Source of the DNA: Octopus bimaculoides
Lineage: Eukaryota
Length of the DNA: 47,070 bases
Reading direction: 5' to 3'
Assembly: GCF_001194135.2 (NCBI RefSeq)
Contig: NC_068981.1
Coordinates: forward strand, 100,430,346-100,477,415
The position numbers were made by a program, and so were the translations under genes. This document shows positions 46,472 to 47,070 of this stretch, piece after piece. Below the pieces are notes generated by a model, which searched no databases, had not been told where the DNA came from, and saw only the letters and a program-made list of their open reading frames with translations. How positions within the stretch are numbered: position 1 is the first letter of the stretch; each line of letters begins with the position of its first letter.

Positions 46472-46797
46472 ATTCATATATACATATGTATGTATGTATT
46501 TATGTGTGTGTGTCTTTGTGTCTGTGTTTGTCCCCTCACCATTGCTCGACACTGATGTTGGTGTGTTTACGTCCCTATAACTTAGCAGTTTGGCGAAAGA
46601 GGCTAATAGAATAAGTACTAGGTTAACAAAGAATAAGTCTTTGTGTAACTTAGCAGTTCAGCAAAACAGACCAACAGAGTAAGTACCAGACTTAAAAATT
46701 AAGTACAGAGAGCAATTTGTTCAACTAAAGCTTTCAAAGTGGTAGCATAGCATGTCCACAGTCCAATGACTGATAAAGTAAAAAGAATAGAGATAAA
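46472..46797 (+). mobile_element. SINE family A 3' half, with a partial tail duplication
   Basis: Microsatellite, then gtgtctgtgtttgtcccc..; taacttagcagtt module at 46578 and 46646. Confidence 0.85.
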
Positions 46798-47034
46798 TAG
46801 TCTCTAGTTTCTTTTAGTATAAAATCCTCAGAATAATTTCAGTAGCCATTATCAAAAACTATTAAGTAAAGCTTGCTGAGAGAATAAAATCTCAGCAGTT
46901 CTAAGTTCAATTCCACTGTGCAGCATCTTGAACAAATTCTTTTACAATAGCCTCAGACTGAGTTGAATTTGGTAGGCAGAATGTGTGTAGAAGCCTGACA
47001 TGCGTGTGTATTACACGTACATACACACACATAC

Positions 47035-47070
47035 ATCATCATCATCATCATCATCGTTTAACGTCCGCTT
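47035..47070 (-). mobile_element. RTE 3' terminus running off the window
   Basis: (cat)n followed by cgtttaacgtccgctt, the reverse complement of aagcggacgttaaacgatgatg. Confidence 0.8.

Overview
A 47-kb, AT-rich, microsatellite-rich eukaryotic window, almost entirely non-coding, with six N gaps. The repeat families resemble those of Octopus-type cephalopod genomes; this is inference from recalled repeat sequences, not a search. I cannot support any host protein-coding exon or true tRNA/rRNA gene. What I can support is a layered transposon landscape: (1) a decayed but fully bounded hAT element (9680-15272, imperfect TIRs, 8-bp TSD) carrying three nested insertions, next to a second, different hAT remnant; (2) RTE-clade LINE 3' pieces and SINE bodies sharing their tail; (3) several old CR1/Jockey-like LINE remnants; (4) two mariner deletion derivatives, one a tail-to-tail fusion with two 5' ends; (5) a 5'-truncated Penelope-like element (RT + GIY-YIG) inserted inside a SINE; (6) about 30 tRNA-derived SINE copies of three families, here labelled A, B and C; (7) a piggyBac-type MITE. 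The most interesting item is a short minus-strand element at 42395-42622 joining a Pol III B-box head, an (AAT)n tract and a type I minimal hammerhead-ribozyme motif, which has two core substitutions in this copy.
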